DNA of 64,000 nt. Source: Candidatus Terrybacteria bacterium RIFCSPHIGHO2_01_FULL_43_35. GTDB taxonomy: Bacteria; Patescibacteriota; Minisyncoccia; Terrybacterales; GWB1-40-14. The DNA lies in the NCBI GenBank assembly GCA_001822815.1, contig MHSR01000013.1, forward strand, positions 149,093-213,092, in the 5' to 3' direction. The number at the start of each line of letters is the position of its first letter. Position 1 is the first letter of the stretch. The notes beneath the pieces are model-generated. The model searched no databases. It was not told where the DNA came from and worked only from the letters and a program-made list of their open reading frames with translations. The translations under genes were made by a program, and so were the position numbers. Positions 19,225-29,923 of the stretch are shown here, piece after piece.

Positions 19225-20214
19225 ATGGCAAACAAAGCAAATTCAAAGCTGATAGAATATTTGAAGTCAGAATTTGATATTGTAGGTCAATGCCGCAGAA
19301 TGCGCGTTCCATTATGGCAATGTCCTAGACTTTTGTTCATTATCATGGGCGCGGCGATTATTTTAGCCATGGTCGGTACATATTTTTTCCTTGAAGTCAG
19401 AACCGAACCGGAAATGGCAGCATTAATCGTTGTGGCCGTCGCAGGAGTTTTACTAGTTCAAAGCTATATAATAATACTGGCTACCGAACATATTGCCGAA
19501 ACAAGCCGATTAAAAACCGAGTTCATTAATATTACATCACATCAGTTGCGATCGCCGCTAACCGCTTCACGTTGGGCCGCAGAACTAATGCGTGAGTCCA
19601 GTTCAGGTTTACCAGACGAACTTAAAGAAAATTTGAAAATAATCGAAGATTCTAACGAGCGTATGAACAAATTGGTTTACGCGCTCTTACAAGTAGCCCG
19701 TATTGAAGCAAACACTGTTAGGCAACATAAACGCGACGTGGACGTAGTCGAAACTATCAAAACAGTTATCGATGAAGCAACCATTTTTGCTAAAGCCTCC
19801 AATATCAGTCTTGACTTCAATGCGCTCAAGGAACAGCTGGCTGTTAATTTCGATCCCGATCAGCTACATTTTATTGTTCAGGAGATGGTCGACAACGCCA
19901 TACGTTATTCTAACGGCAAAGGCAACATTCAGATATCGTTAACTAAGAACGGCAATCAAACCCATTTTGAAATTAAAGATAGCGGCGTCGGCATACCCAA
20001 AGACGAACAAAAAAATATTTTCCAGAAATTTTACCGTGGCTCAAATACTTACACCCTTTCGCCGTCAGGAACCGGCCTATCTCTGTTTATCGTTAAAAAG
20101 ATTATTGAAGCCGGCGGTGGACGTATAGGTTTTAGTTCTAAGTTGAACGAGGGAAGTACGTTTTGGTTCAATATTCCATTAGCATTAAATAATCAAAATA
20201 ATCATTCCAACTAA
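19225..20214 (+). CDS. Sensor histidine kinase (2 TM, HisKA, HATPase)
   Basis: SHQLRSPL, DNAIRYS, DSGVGI, FQKF, GTGLSL. Confidence 0.95.
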   Translation: MANKANSKLIEYLKSEFDIVGQCRRMRVPLWQCPRLLFIIMGAAIILAMVGTYFFLEVRTEPEMAALIVVAVAGVLLVQSYIIILATEHIAETSRLKTEFINITSHQLRSPLTASRWAAELMRESSSGLPDELKENLKIIEDSNERMNKLVYALLQVARIEANTVRQHKRDVDVVETIKTVIDEATIFAKASNISLDFNALKEQLAVNFDPDQLHFIVQEMVDNAIRYSNGKGNIQISLTKNGNQTHFEIKDSGVGIPKDEQKNIFQKFYRGSNTYTLSPSGTGLSLFIVKKIIEAGGGRIGFSSKLNEGSTFWFNIPLALNNQNNHSN

Positions 20215-20288
20215 CTATCATTTGCCGATGGCTAAGACTTAAAAACAAACCGCAAATTTGTTATTAGATTAAGCCATTTGCTAAAAAT

Positions 20289-20660
20289 ATGAAAAAAATT
20301 CTTTTTGTCGAAGACGAGCGGGCGCTTCAACGCACTATAAGTGAGGCCCTGCGCCGCGAGGGCTACGAGGTTTTAAGCGCGGTTGATGGCGAAACAGGGG
20401 CCCGTTTAGCCAAAGAAGAGAAGCCTGATATGATTTTATTGGATCTTATTCTACCCCGTAGGTCTGGCTTTGATGTCTTACAGGAATTAAAAAGCGATGA
20501 CGTTACTAAGGGGATTCCCGTTATCGTGCTTACTAATCTTGAAAGTCCGGCAGATGTCGACAAAGCCATTGAACTTGGTGCCACGACTTATTTAGTGAAA
20601 GCCAACTATAATCTGGGCGATATAGTCCAAAAGGTTAAAAGCACTTTTGAAGCACAATAA
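20289..20660 (+). CDS. Single-domain response regulator (CheY-like)
   Basis: ILFVEDE, PDMILLDLILP, VLTN, YLVK. Confidence 0.95.
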   Translation: MKKILFVEDERALQRTISEALRREGYEVLSAVDGETGARLAKEEKPDMILLDLILPRRSGFDVLQELKSDDVTKGIPVIVLTNLESPADVDKAIELGATTYLVKANYNLGDIVQKVKSTFEAQ

Positions 20661-20722
20661 TAGAGGTGTTTGATAACCGCTGTTTCAAAAACTAACATTT
20701 CTTTTGAATAAATAATTATTTT

Positions 20723-22474
20723 ATGCGCGTTGAAGATTCACAGCTTAAAGCCTTCATCACCGACGGCAACCTTATTCCTCCAAAGGAACTTGATGTCGCG
20801 GCGAAGGAGGCGAAAGAAGATAAGAAGCGTTTGGCCGACGTGATTTTGGCAAAAAAGCTTTTATCCGAGGAAGAGCTTTTAAAACTGGAAGCCTACATAT
20901 TAGGCATCCCGTTTATTGATCTTGAAGGCGAAGAGGTGCCCGCCGATATTTTACACATAATACCCGAACCGATAGCCAAAAAGCACAATATTATTGCTTA
21001 TCGCAAAGAAAAAAATGGACTGGAAGTGGCTATGCTGGACCCAGAAGATCTGCAGACTATAGATTTTATTCGAAGGAAAGTCCGCTTGAAAATCTTTCCG
21101 CGTTTAACGACCACAGCATCCATTAAGCACTTGTTGCGCCAGTACGAAAAAAGTCTTGAAGCTGAATTCGGAGATATAATCCGCGAAGAAGCCAGTGGAG
21201 TTAAGGCCAGCGCCGAGAGAGGAGAGGGGGCGGATGAGGGCGATTTAAAACAGGCAGCTGAAGAATTGCCCATCATTCGTATTGTGGACACCTTGCTTAA
21301 GCACGCTGTCCTGGAAAATGCTTCAGATATACACATAGAGCCGCAGGAAAAAGAAGTTACGGTGCGCTATCGCATAGACGGTATACTTCATGATGCCATG
21401 ACCCTGCCCAAGCAAGTTCATGCCGGGGTTGTAGCCCGCATAAAAATTCTTTCTAATTTGAAAATTGACGAGCACCGTCTGCCCCAAGACGGACGTTTTA
21501 AGCTTGAGACCGATGAATATAAATATTCGCTTCGCGTTTCTATTTTACCGGTATATGACGGAGAAAAAATAGTCATGCGTCTTTTGCCCGAAACCAGCAA
21601 AGCTTTAACTCTTGATGCCTTAGGTTTCCGTGGTGAAGCCTTGGAGCACGTGCATGGCGCGATGCGCAAGCCTGTGGGCATGCTCTTGGTTACCGGTCCA
21701 ACGGGCTCCGGAAAAACAACCACCCTTTATTCAATGATGGATATTTTAAATACACCAAGCGTAAACATATCTACGGTTGAAGATCCGGTGGAGTACCGCA
21801 TGCAGCGAATAAATCAAACCCAGATCCGTCCGGATATAGGCTTGACCTTCGCCAACGGGCTGCGCTCTTTAGTTCGTCAGGACCCCAACATAATTATGGT
21901 CGGTGAGATACGCGATAAAGAAACAGCAGATCTTGCCGTGAACGCCTCGCTCACGGGCCATTTGGTCCTTTCAACCCTGCACACCAATTCAGCTGCCGGC
22001 GCCTTGCCCAGATTAATAGATATGGGCGTTGAGCCATTTCTTATTGCTTCAACCGTTAATGTTATAATTGCCCAGCGTTTGGTACGTAAATTGTGCCCGG
22101 CTAGAGATGTTTACCAGTTAAGCGCGGACGAAGCCAAAGCTTTCGGCAGCGAAGCATTTGAGCACGAATCCATGCTTAAAATTTTGGCTGAAGAGAAGAT
22201 CAAGGGGTCTGAAAAGGGATTTGGTGGAATAGAATTTTCCCGTCCAAAGGCGACAACCGATTGCCCCGACGGTTATAAAGGCCGTGTAGGAATTTATGAG
22301 ATCCTGCCGATAACCGAAACCATAAGACAGTTAATCGTTCAGAAGGCCTCTAGCGATGATATTTTGCGGCAGGCGCGAAAAGAAGGTATGCGCACCATGG
22401 TTGAAGACGGAATGATTAAAGCCGCGCAAGGCCTAACTAGTGTGGAAGAAGTGTTAAGAGTAATTACAGAATAA
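20723..22474 (+). CDS. pilB: Type IV pilus assembly ATPase PilB/GspE
   Basis: ASDIHIEP, RLPQDGR, GPTGSGKTTTLY, EDPVEY, RQDPNIIMVGEIRD, TGHLVLSTLHTN. Confidence 0.96.
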   Translation: MRVEDSQLKAFITDGNLIPPKELDVAAKEAKEDKKRLADVILAKKLLSEEELLKLEAYILGIPFIDLEGEEVPADILHIIPEPIAKKHNIIAYRKEKNGLEVAMLDPEDLQTIDFIRRKVRLKIFPRLTTTASIKHLLRQYEKSLEAEFGDIIREEASGVKASAERGEGADEGDLKQAAEELPIIRIVDTLLKHAVLENASDIHIEPQEKEVTVRYRIDGILHDAMTLPKQVHAGVVARIKILSNLKIDEHRLPQDGRFKLETDEYKYSLRVSILPVYDGEKIVMRLLPETSKALTLDALGFRGEALEHVHGAMRKPVGMLLVTGPTGSGKTTTLYSMMDILNTPSVNISTVEDPVEYRMQRINQTQIRPDIGLTFANGLRSLVRQDPNIIMVGEIRDKETADLAVNASLTGHLVLSTLHTNSAAGALPRLIDMGVEPFLIASTVNVIIAQRLVRKLCPARDVYQLSADEAKAFGSEAFEHESMLKILAEEKIKGSEKGFGGIEFSRPKATTDCPDGYKGRVGIYEILPITETIRQLIVQKASSDDILRQARKEGMRTMVEDGMIKAAQGLTSVEEVLRVITE

Positions 22475-22563
22475 ATTAAATATCAAAAGCCAAACACCAA
22501 AATTTACGAAAGTCGCCTACGGCCACATACAATAATTTTAAATTTTGCATTTTTAATTTTCAC
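22475..22563. repeat. Inverted heptamer-periodic repeat element between pilB and pilC
   Basis: aattaaa tatcaaa agccaaa caccaaa ... ttttaaa ttttgca tttttaa. Confidence 0.55.
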
Positions 22564-22572
22564 TAAGGTTAT

Positions 22573-23796
22573 ATGACCCTATTTAAATATGTTGCTCGTT
22601 CAATAGATGGTGCTGCCCAAAGTGGTATACAGGAGGCGGCCGATAAGCGTGTTTTGGCGCGATTCCTTAGGGGAAAAGGCATGATTTTGGTTTCTGCCGA
22701 ACACAAAGAAAAAAGCGATACACCGGTGTTTATAAAAAGAATAACCGCCGGTATTTTGGGAGTGCCTCTTGTGGAAAAAATGACATTCATCAGATATCTA
22801 GCTGTATTGATTTCTGCCGGCGTTGATATAAGCCGCGCACTTTCGGTTCTTGAACAGCAGGTTAAAAGTCCGACCTTCAAAGATATCATACGCGCCGTGC
22901 ACGCAGAAGTTATGCAGGGCAAGACATTGCATGAGACTTTGGCCAAGCATCCCAAGGCATTTTCTGAACTAACTGTAAATATGATCGCTGTCGGTGAAGA
23001 ATCGGGGCGTTTAGTTGAATCCCTTGAATTGGTCGCTAATCAGTTGGAAAGGGAGCATCAACTGGTAAGTAAGGTAAAAGGCGCATTGATATATCCGGCC
23101 GTAGTTATTTCAGCCATGCTTTTGGTAAGCGTGGTCATGTTCATCTATGTTGTACCTAACTTAAAAGCGGTATTTGGTGATATCAATCTTGCTTTGCCAA
23201 TTACGACACGGGTTATTTTTGCTTTAAGCGATTTCTTGGTCCAACGTTGGTATGTAGCCTTGGTGATCGTCATCTTAGCGGTTGTTATTTTAAGAGTAGC
23301 GTGGACGGTACCGCAGATCAAAAGAGCTATTGACGTGATTTTAATGCGCGCGCCAATTTTTGGGTCGTTGGTCCGTAAAATAGTTAGTGCCAGAATAGCT
23401 CGCACGCTTTCTTCGCTTATATCATCTGGCGTGCCCATTATTCGTAGCATTGAGATAACATCAAATTTAGTAAGCAATACCGCCTTTAAGAACTCGCTTA
23501 AAGAATCAATTAATCACGTTCAGAAGGGAGAGCCTTTTTCCGCCGCCTTGGCAATCTACCCCAAAGTTTATCCGCCCATGTTGGTTCAGATGATATCTGT
23601 GGGAGAGGAAACTGGTAAATTGGGCGAGATGTTGGGACGCACCGCGAATTTTTATGAAGACGAGGTAGATCAATCTTTGAAAAATTTAACAACCATCATT
23701 GAACCCTTGCTTATGCTGTTTATCGGAGGAGCAGTTGGGGTATTTGCCGTGTCTATTCTTGGGCCGATGTATACGCTCATCCAGAACCAGGTTTAA
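22573..23796 (+). CDS. pilC: Type IV pilus platform protein PilC/GspF
   Basis: GEESGRL, ALIYP, GEETGKL, IIEPLL. Confidence 0.96.
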   Translation: MTLFKYVARSIDGAAQSGIQEAADKRVLARFLRGKGMILVSAEHKEKSDTPVFIKRITAGILGVPLVEKMTFIRYLAVLISAGVDISRALSVLEQQVKSPTFKDIIRAVHAEVMQGKTLHETLAKHPKAFSELTVNMIAVGEESGRLVESLELVANQLEREHQLVSKVKGALIYPAVVISAMLLVSVVMFIYVVPNLKAVFGDINLALPITTRVIFALSDFLVQRWYVALVIVILAVVILRVAWTVPQIKRAIDVILMRAPIFGSLVRKIVSARIARTLSSLISSGVPIIRSIEITSNLVSNTAFKNSLKESINHVQKGEPFSAALAIYPKVYPPMLVQMISVGEETGKLGEMLGRTANFYEDEVDQSLKNLTTIIEPLLMLFIGGAVGVFAVSILGPMYTLIQNQV

Positions 23797-23798
23797 TT

Positions 23799-24668
23799 AT
23801 GTTTACTAAAAAGGCGATTTATACCAAAAGAAATGGCTACAGCCTTATTGAAGTTTTGGCTACAACAGCAATAATAGCCGCAGTTTCTGTTTTTATCGCC
23901 TTGTCTTTGGCGAATTTCAGGAATAATGCCCAGGTTGTTTCTGAAAGTCAGAATATAGCAAGCGTTCTGGCTCTGGCCAGATCTAACACCGTAGGCGGTA
24001 AGGATAATATACTGTGGGGGGTACATCTTGCTACAAACGATTTTACCTTGTTTCAAGGTGGGGTTTATGATCCGGCTGATCCAAACAATGTTGTATATAC
24101 CCTGCCGATAGGCGTAACTATTTCCTCAATAGTTCTTGCCGGAGGTGGTTCCGACGTAATATTCAACCGAATTAATGGGGGAACGAGTCAGGCGGGCAGT
24201 CTAACTGTTTCCGCCCAAAGCAATGTGATAGTTACGATTAATTCTAGCGGTGAGATAAGCGTAGGCGGTACGCTTCCTGCTCCTGGTGGCACCCGCATAA
24301 TCGACACCAGGCATGTCGATTTTACCCTAAATTGGTCAATACAAAATTCAATAACCCTTACGTTAACTTTCTATGATCCACCAAATCCAGCAACAGTTCA
24401 AAATATAGCCATGGCGCCTTATTTCAGTATGGGCAATACGATTTTTAACTGGAGCGGTCAATATACAATTGGCGGAGGAGCCCAAGTCTTAAAGATACAC
24501 ACACATCTTATTGATACCCCCGGGAACAAGACTATTTTATCCGTCCACCGTGATAAAATGGAGAATAGCAAAGCACTGGACATAGCCATAGATGGGGTGC
24601 TAGTAGCCTCGTACAACGCAAGTGGGGACATTACGCCATGGCCTGGGGTAACTTTTGATGTGCAATAA
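23799..24668 (+). CDS. Minor pilin (FimT/GspH-like) with C-terminal extension
   Basis: Class III signal peptide KRNG|YSLIEVL. Confidence 0.85.
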   Translation: MFTKKAIYTKRNGYSLIEVLATTAIIAAVSVFIALSLANFRNNAQVVSESQNIASVLALARSNTVGGKDNILWGVHLATNDFTLFQGGVYDPADPNNVVYTLPIGVTISSIVLAGGGSDVIFNRINGGTSQAGSLTVSAQSNVIVTINSSGEISVGGTLPAPGGTRIIDTRHVDFTLNWSIQNSITLTLTFYDPPNPATVQNIAMAPYFSMGNTIFNWSGQYTIGGGAQVLKIHTHLIDTPGNKTILSVHRDKMENSKALDIAIDGVLVASYNASGDITPWPGVTFDVQ

Positions 24669-24683
24669 AAAACGATAAATAAA

Positions 24684-25175
24684 ATGATAACCTTTAATAA
24701 TAAAAATAAGGGCTTCGCGCTTATAGAGATTACTGTAGCCATAGGTATAGCCGCCACCTTTTTCTTCGGCATGCTTCAATTTATCAACACTTCTGCGCGA
24801 ACCATGCGATCCGAGCGCTATACGCGCGAAGCCGGGCTACTGCTGGCAGAGGGTCAGGACGCTGTTAAGTTCATGCGTGATGCTGGTTGGACGGCATATA
24901 TTTCTTCTTTGTCTCTTGAAGCCACATATTATATTAGTCCATCTGGAAATAGCTGGTCTTTCACTACAAATGATCCCGGCGTGATTTCCGGATTGTATAC
25001 ACGCACCTTGGTTTTACATGAGGTTTTGCGTGATGCCAGCGGCAATATCGTCAGCGCGGGCGGAACCGCAGATGCGAATTCGCGAAGAGTTACAGCAACT
25101 ATAACTTGGTCCGGTCCTTACGGGGCAAGAAACATTACCAGCGCTTTTTATGTTAACAATATTTTTAGAAATTAG
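24684..25175 (+). CDS. Minor pilin (PilV/GspI-like)
   Basis: KNKG|FALIEITVAIGI. Confidence 0.85.
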   Translation: MITFNNKNKGFALIEITVAIGIAATFFFGMLQFINTSARTMRSERYTREAGLLLAEGQDAVKFMRDAGWTAYISSLSLEATYYISPSGNSWSFTTNDPGVISGLYTRTLVLHEVLRDASGNIVSAGGTADANSRRVTATITWSGPYGARNITSAFYVNNIFRN

Positions 25176-25195
25176 TTATAATAAACAGTGAGTAC

Positions 25196-25717
25196 ATGAA
25201 AAAGAGTCAAGCCGGAGTAACCATTTTAGAGTTTATAGTTTACGTGGGCATTTTGGCTATCATGAGCGGAGTGACGGTTGTATTTTTAACCAAAGTTATA
25301 AGTTCTTATGCAATAATACGGGCAGAAAAGAATCTTTCGCAGGACAACGCACTCGCTTTCGAGAGGATTTTTAATGAGACGCGTCACGCAAAACTTATAT
25401 ATACGCCCACATCAGTTTTGGAGACCGATGCCAGCCAGTTATCATTGCGCACATCGCTTAATCCGCCAGCGGATGAAACCTTTACTTACGTTGATTATTA
25501 TGTGGATAACGGCGTACTTTATGAAAAAAGAGAGGGAAATTCGGCCATACCGTTGACGGGTTCAAATTCGGTAGTAACTGTTTTTAACGCCACGCGATTT
25601 TATTTCGGCGGAGCAGAAGGCATAAGGATAACTTTAGTCGCCAGAACCATAGCGGCATCCGGTCCGCTATCACGGACTTTTTCGTGGACCAGCAGTTCTA
25701 CTTTAAGAGGTTATTGA
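25196..25717 (+). CDS. Minor pilin (PilW/GspJ-like)
   Basis: SQAG|VTILEFIVYVGI. Confidence 0.85.
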   Translation: MKKSQAGVTILEFIVYVGILAIMSGVTVVFLTKVISSYAIIRAEKNLSQDNALAFERIFNETRHAKLIYTPTSVLETDASQLSLRTSLNPPADETFTYVDYYVDNGVLYEKREGNSAIPLTGSNSVVTVFNATRFYFGGAEGIRITLVARTIAASGPLSRTFSWTSSSTLRGY

Positions 25718-25724
25718 AATTAAT

Positions 25725-28667
25725 ATGACTAAAAACATTATTTTAACGGATAAGCGAGGTGTGGCTTCTTTAGTTATTCTTTTAATCTCATTGTCAGTGA
25801 CCGCTATTTTTGTAGGCGGCTTTGCCTTTATTTTAAACCGTGAGACGGCGACCGTACGCCAGATCAATAATTCTAATGCCGCATTCCAAGCAGCTGAATC
25901 TGGAATTGAGGACGTAATAACGCGACTACGCGCCGGCGGCAATCCGCCCTCGCCCCTTACTTTTAGCGTTGGTCAGGCATCGGTAACCGTCACTACAGTC
26001 ACTCTCGGTAATCAAAAGATAATTACGGCCGTTGGCACCATTGATAATGTTACGCGTACTGTTGAAACGGTTATAGAATTAAACACAACCGACACCGATT
26101 TTTTCTATGGAGCACAGGTGGGGGAGGGCGGTTTGGTTATGGCCAATAACGCCATAGTTTTCGGGAGTGTTTATTCGGACGGTAGTATAATAGGCGGAAC
26201 CCAAGGCTCGACAATAAATAATGATGTCTTTGTTGCAGCCGGCGTTGCTCCAGTGCCAGATCAATCATGGACAACGCAAAATGCCGATTTTTCTGCCGGC
26301 GTTACACAAAATAGCGCCGTTGTTTTGGTTGATTCTGGCGGTGACGTGGGAGATTATGATTCCATGGCGCTTGGTTCGGATCAGTTCGCAAGAATTAGTT
26401 ACTACGATGCTTCGAATAAAGATCTTAAATTTGTGCGGTGTACTAACCATGATTGTACTGCCAAAAATATTACCACCGTTGATTCAACCGGAGACGTCGG
26501 TTACCGATATTCATCCATATATCTTGGATCAGACGACTTCGCGCGCATAAGTTATTACGACAATACCAGCAACAATAGGGATCTTAAATTTGTACGCTGT
26601 ACTAACAATGATTGTACGAATAAAAATATCACCAGCGCCGATACTACCGGTGACGTTGGGCAGTTTTCATCTATGGCTCTAGGTTCAGATGGCTACGCGC
26701 GTATAAGTTATTACGATAATTCAGGAGGAAATTTGAATTTTTTGCGTTGTACTGATTCTGATTGTACGGCCAGTAATAAAACCAGCGTTGATACTAGCGG
26801 AGACGTGGGTAAATATACATCCATAACTTTGGGTTCAGATGGTTTTGCCAGGATAAGTTATGTGTATGCTGGCAACAATGATGACTTAAAATATGTTCGC
26901 TGTACGAATGCCGACTGCACCACCAAAAATATAACCACGGTTGATTCCGCCGCCGAAGTTGATTATCCAACTTCGATTGCCTTGGGCTCCGACGGTTATG
27001 TGCGCATCAGTTATTATGATGATGCCAGCGACGATCTTAAATTTGTCCAATGCACCAACGATGACTGCACAACCAAAAATATAACTGTAGTCGATTCTTC
27101 AGGTGATGTTGGTAGGTACGGCTCCATAAAAATTGCTTCTGATGGTTACGCCAGAATAAGCTATTACGATGCCTCAAGCGGTAGCGTAAAATTGGCCAAA
27201 TGCACAAACGCGGCCTGCACAACAAATAGCATTTCTGTTCCTGATACCCAGGACAATGTCGGTTTGTATACGTCTTTGTATTTGGGGACCGACGGCTTCG
27301 CGCGCATTAGCTACCGCGATGATGATAATAAAGATCTTAAATTCATACGTTGCATGATAGATTCTTGTCCCGCGCCAACACCACAGGTTGATGTTGCCCA
27401 AAGTTTCAGGCCAAGCGCAACCCAGCGCGCGGTTAAAGTCGATTTGTACCTGAAAAAAACCGGCACTCCACTTAACGCAACACTGCTTCTAATAAAAGAT
27501 AGCGGCGGTTCTCCCAGCACTAACTCTGATGATATACTTGCCACGGGCACCATAAACGCTTCGCAAGTTACCGCTTCTTATGGATGGTTATCTGTAGGCC
27601 TTTCAAGTACGCCCACATTGACTGTCAACACCATATACTGGCTTGTTGTCGACACCATATTAGATAATTCAAACTATCTTATATGGGGAGGGGACTCAAC
27701 CGACGCTTATGCGTCTGGTACTGGAAAAAGAAGTAATGATTGGACGGCTGGTGGGTGGAGCACAATAGGAGGCGATTTAGATTTCAAAATATATATGGGC
27801 GGAGTGGATTATCAGATTAGTTCAATGGAGAATATAGGAGGCAATGCCAGTGCTCATATAATTGACAACGCGGATGTAACCGGAAATGTTAATGCTTATA
27901 CATATAATAATGGGACCGTAGGAGGCAATATAAACGCCGATTCTATTTCCAACTGCACCATTAACGGTAACGCATCTTATAATACTAAAGCTACTTGTAC
28001 GGTCGGAGGGACAGAGACTACGCCTACAACCCCGCCTGATGATCCGCCACACGTGCCACTACCCATTTCCGAGGCAACCATAGCCGAATGGAAAAGTGAT
28101 GCAGCGGCAGGCGAACCCATAATAGGAGATTATGTTGTGCCAGAGGGAACTTCATATTTGGGACCAAAAAAGATAACCGGGGATCTTTTGATGAGCGTAA
28201 ACAGATCTACTCTAGTTTTGACAGGTACCGTGTGGGTGCAGGGCAATATAGATGTTGCAAACGGCAGCAGAATAATACTTGATCCCAGTTTTGGTGTTTT
28301 TAGCGGTACGGTTATTGCTGATGGTTGGATACGTATTGAGAATAACGGTATTTTTGAGGGTTCCGGTCAGCCCGGCAGTTACGTTATGCTTCTTTCAACC
28401 CTGGCTTGTGTTGGCGTGGCAAGCCCGAGTTGTACTGGCGAGAATAGTGGAGCAATAAGCTTGCATAATAATGCCGAAGGAGCGATTTTTTACGCATCGA
28501 ACGGTCTTATACATTTGAACAACGGTGTTCTTGTGACCGAACTTGTAGGGTATAAGATAAGTCTTGATCCCAACGCAAAGCTTATTTATCAAATAGGTTT
28601 AGCTAACGCCAGTTTTACATCTGGACCGTCGGCTGGATGGGCTATTCTTTCCTGGAAAGAATTGTGA
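25725..28667 (+). CDS. Large PilX/GspK-like tip pilin with inserted 7-repeat beta-propeller
   Basis: DKRG|VASLV lacking E5, AFQAAESGIE PilX motif, seven ~50-aa repeats, C-terminal LSWKEL. Confidence 0.85.
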   Translation: MTKNIILTDKRGVASLVILLISLSVTAIFVGGFAFILNRETATVRQINNSNAAFQAAESGIEDVITRLRAGGNPPSPLTFSVGQASVTVTTVTLGNQKIITAVGTIDNVTRTVETVIELNTTDTDFFYGAQVGEGGLVMANNAIVFGSVYSDGSIIGGTQGSTINNDVFVAAGVAPVPDQSWTTQNADFSAGVTQNSAVVLVDSGGDVGDYDSMALGSDQFARISYYDASNKDLKFVRCTNHDCTAKNITTVDSTGDVGYRYSSIYLGSDDFARISYYDNTSNNRDLKFVRCTNNDCTNKNITSADTTGDVGQFSSMALGSDGYARISYYDNSGGNLNFLRCTDSDCTASNKTSVDTSGDVGKYTSITLGSDGFARISYVYAGNNDDLKYVRCTNADCTTKNITTVDSAAEVDYPTSIALGSDGYVRISYYDDASDDLKFVQCTNDDCTTKNITVVDSSGDVGRYGSIKIASDGYARISYYDASSGSVKLAKCTNAACTTNSISVPDTQDNVGLYTSLYLGTDGFARISYRDDDNKDLKFIRCMIDSCPAPTPQVDVAQSFRPSATQRAVKVDLYLKKTGTPLNATLLLIKDSGGSPSTNSDDILATGTINASQVTASYGWLSVGLSSTPTLTVNTIYWLVVDTILDNSNYLIWGGDSTDAYASGTGKRSNDWTAGGWSTIGGDLDFKIYMGGVDYQISSMENIGGNASAHIIDNADVTGNVNAYTYNNGTVGGNINADSISNCTINGNASYNTKATCTVGGTETTPTTPPDDPPHVPLPISEATIAEWKSDAAAGEPIIGDYVVPEGTSYLGPKKITGDLLMSVNRSTLVLTGTVWVQGNIDVANGSRIILDPSFGVFSGTVIADGWIRIENNGIFEGSGQPGSYVMLLSTLACVGVASPSCTGENSGAISLHNNAEGAIFYASNGLIHLNNGVLVTELVGYKISLDPNAKLIYQIGLANASFTSGPSAGWAILSWKEL
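26319..27368 (+). repeat. Seven tandem ~150-bp coding repeats
   Basis: VDSxGDVGxYxSxxLGSDGFARISYYD...DLKFVRCTNxDCTxKNI x7. Confidence 0.9.
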
Positions 28668-28684
28668 TTTAGAACGGTTTATAT

Positions 28685-29917
28685 ATGTTTAATTTCATCT
28701 ATCCAAAACTTGAGGCATTTGGTCTTGATATTTCAGATCGTTCTTTTAAGATCGCCAGCATTGAAATTAATCGCAAGCGCAAGCAGATGGATCTTGTTTC
28801 TTATGGGGTATTTCCTTTTGAGAGAGGATTTATTGAGAGTGGACGCATCATTAGCAAGGATAAGGTAGGACTGATCATAAGAGACGGCCTGTCTAAAATT
28901 CATGGTAAGCGCATAGCAACCAAAGCAGCTGTGGTGTCTTTGCCGGAAGAACAATGTTTTGTTCGCGTCATTCAACTTCCGCCTATGCCGGAGAAGGAAC
29001 TTAGTGAGGCTGTGGCCGCAGAAACAGAGGGTAATATACCGATGTCTTTGGATGAAGTTTATTACGATTGGCAGGTTATAACCAGGCCCGATGGAGTAGC
29101 TTCCAGCGCAAGTGGAGAAAACACCAAACATTTCGATGTTTTGGTAGCCGCAACCCCGAAAGAAGTGGTTGAAGAGTACGAATCTTTACTTGCCGGGATT
29201 GGATTACTCCCGCTTATTTTTGAGCCTGAGTCGTTTGCTATTGCTCGTGCCGCATTGAGGAACCGTATTAGTTATTCCCCGCTTTTATTAGTAGATTTGG
29301 GTGAGACGCATACTACCCTAGCTATAGTTTCGGGAACATCTATACGTGTCACCGTGTCCGTTTCGGTTGCCGGAGGTAATTTTACAGATCTTATTTCCTC
29401 CGCATTTAAGATATCCAGTGAAGAAGCCGAAAAGAAAAAAAGAGAACATGGTTTAGGACAAGAAGGCGAAGGTTTAAAAATTTTTAAGATACTTGAGGCT
29501 CCACTTATAGATTTGGTTCATCAAATCAAAGGCTATCTTGCTTTCTACGCATCGCATTCTTTCCATGAACATCAGGTTTGGACATTGGCGGTTAAAACAC
29601 CGGAAATTAAAACCATGGGTAGCTTTGATTTCAGGCCCGTCTCGCGTGGTGAAGTTGTGATCGGTAGAGATGCCGATGGTAAAGAAAATCAAGCCACAAG
29701 ATTAGGTATGTCTGGCATCTCGCGAATATTTTTAACGGGGGGCGGCGCGAATTTGGCTGGTTTGCCAGAATATCTTTCGGCCAGCCTTAAAATTTCTGTT
29801 CAGCGTGCCAACCCGCTTATTAACATAACCCATATCGTTAATGATAAAGAAGGAGTAGCGCCGTTTGATCCTATGACTTATGCTACCGCGATAGGTTTAG
29901 CCATGCACAGACCATAA
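28685..29917 (+). CDS. pilM: Type IV pilus assembly protein PilM
   Basis: GLDISDRSFK, IPMSLDEVYYDW, LVDLG, LTGGGA, TAIGLA. Confidence 0.93.
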   Translation: MFNFIYPKLEAFGLDISDRSFKIASIEINRKRKQMDLVSYGVFPFERGFIESGRIISKDKVGLIIRDGLSKIHGKRIATKAAVVSLPEEQCFVRVIQLPPMPEKELSEAVAAETEGNIPMSLDEVYYDWQVITRPDGVASSASGENTKHFDVLVAATPKEVVEEYESLLAGIGLLPLIFEPESFAIARAALRNRISYSPLLLVDLGETHTTLAIVSGTSIRVTVSVSVAGGNFTDLISSAFKISSEEAEKKKREHGLGQEGEGLKIFKILEAPLIDLVHQIKGYLAFYASHSFHEHQVWTLAVKTPEIKTMGSFDFRPVSRGEVVIGRDADGKENQATRLGMSGISRIFLTGGGANLAGLPEYLSASLKISVQRANPLINITHIVNDKEGVAPFDPMTYATAIGLAMHRP

Positions 29918-29923
29918 ATTATT

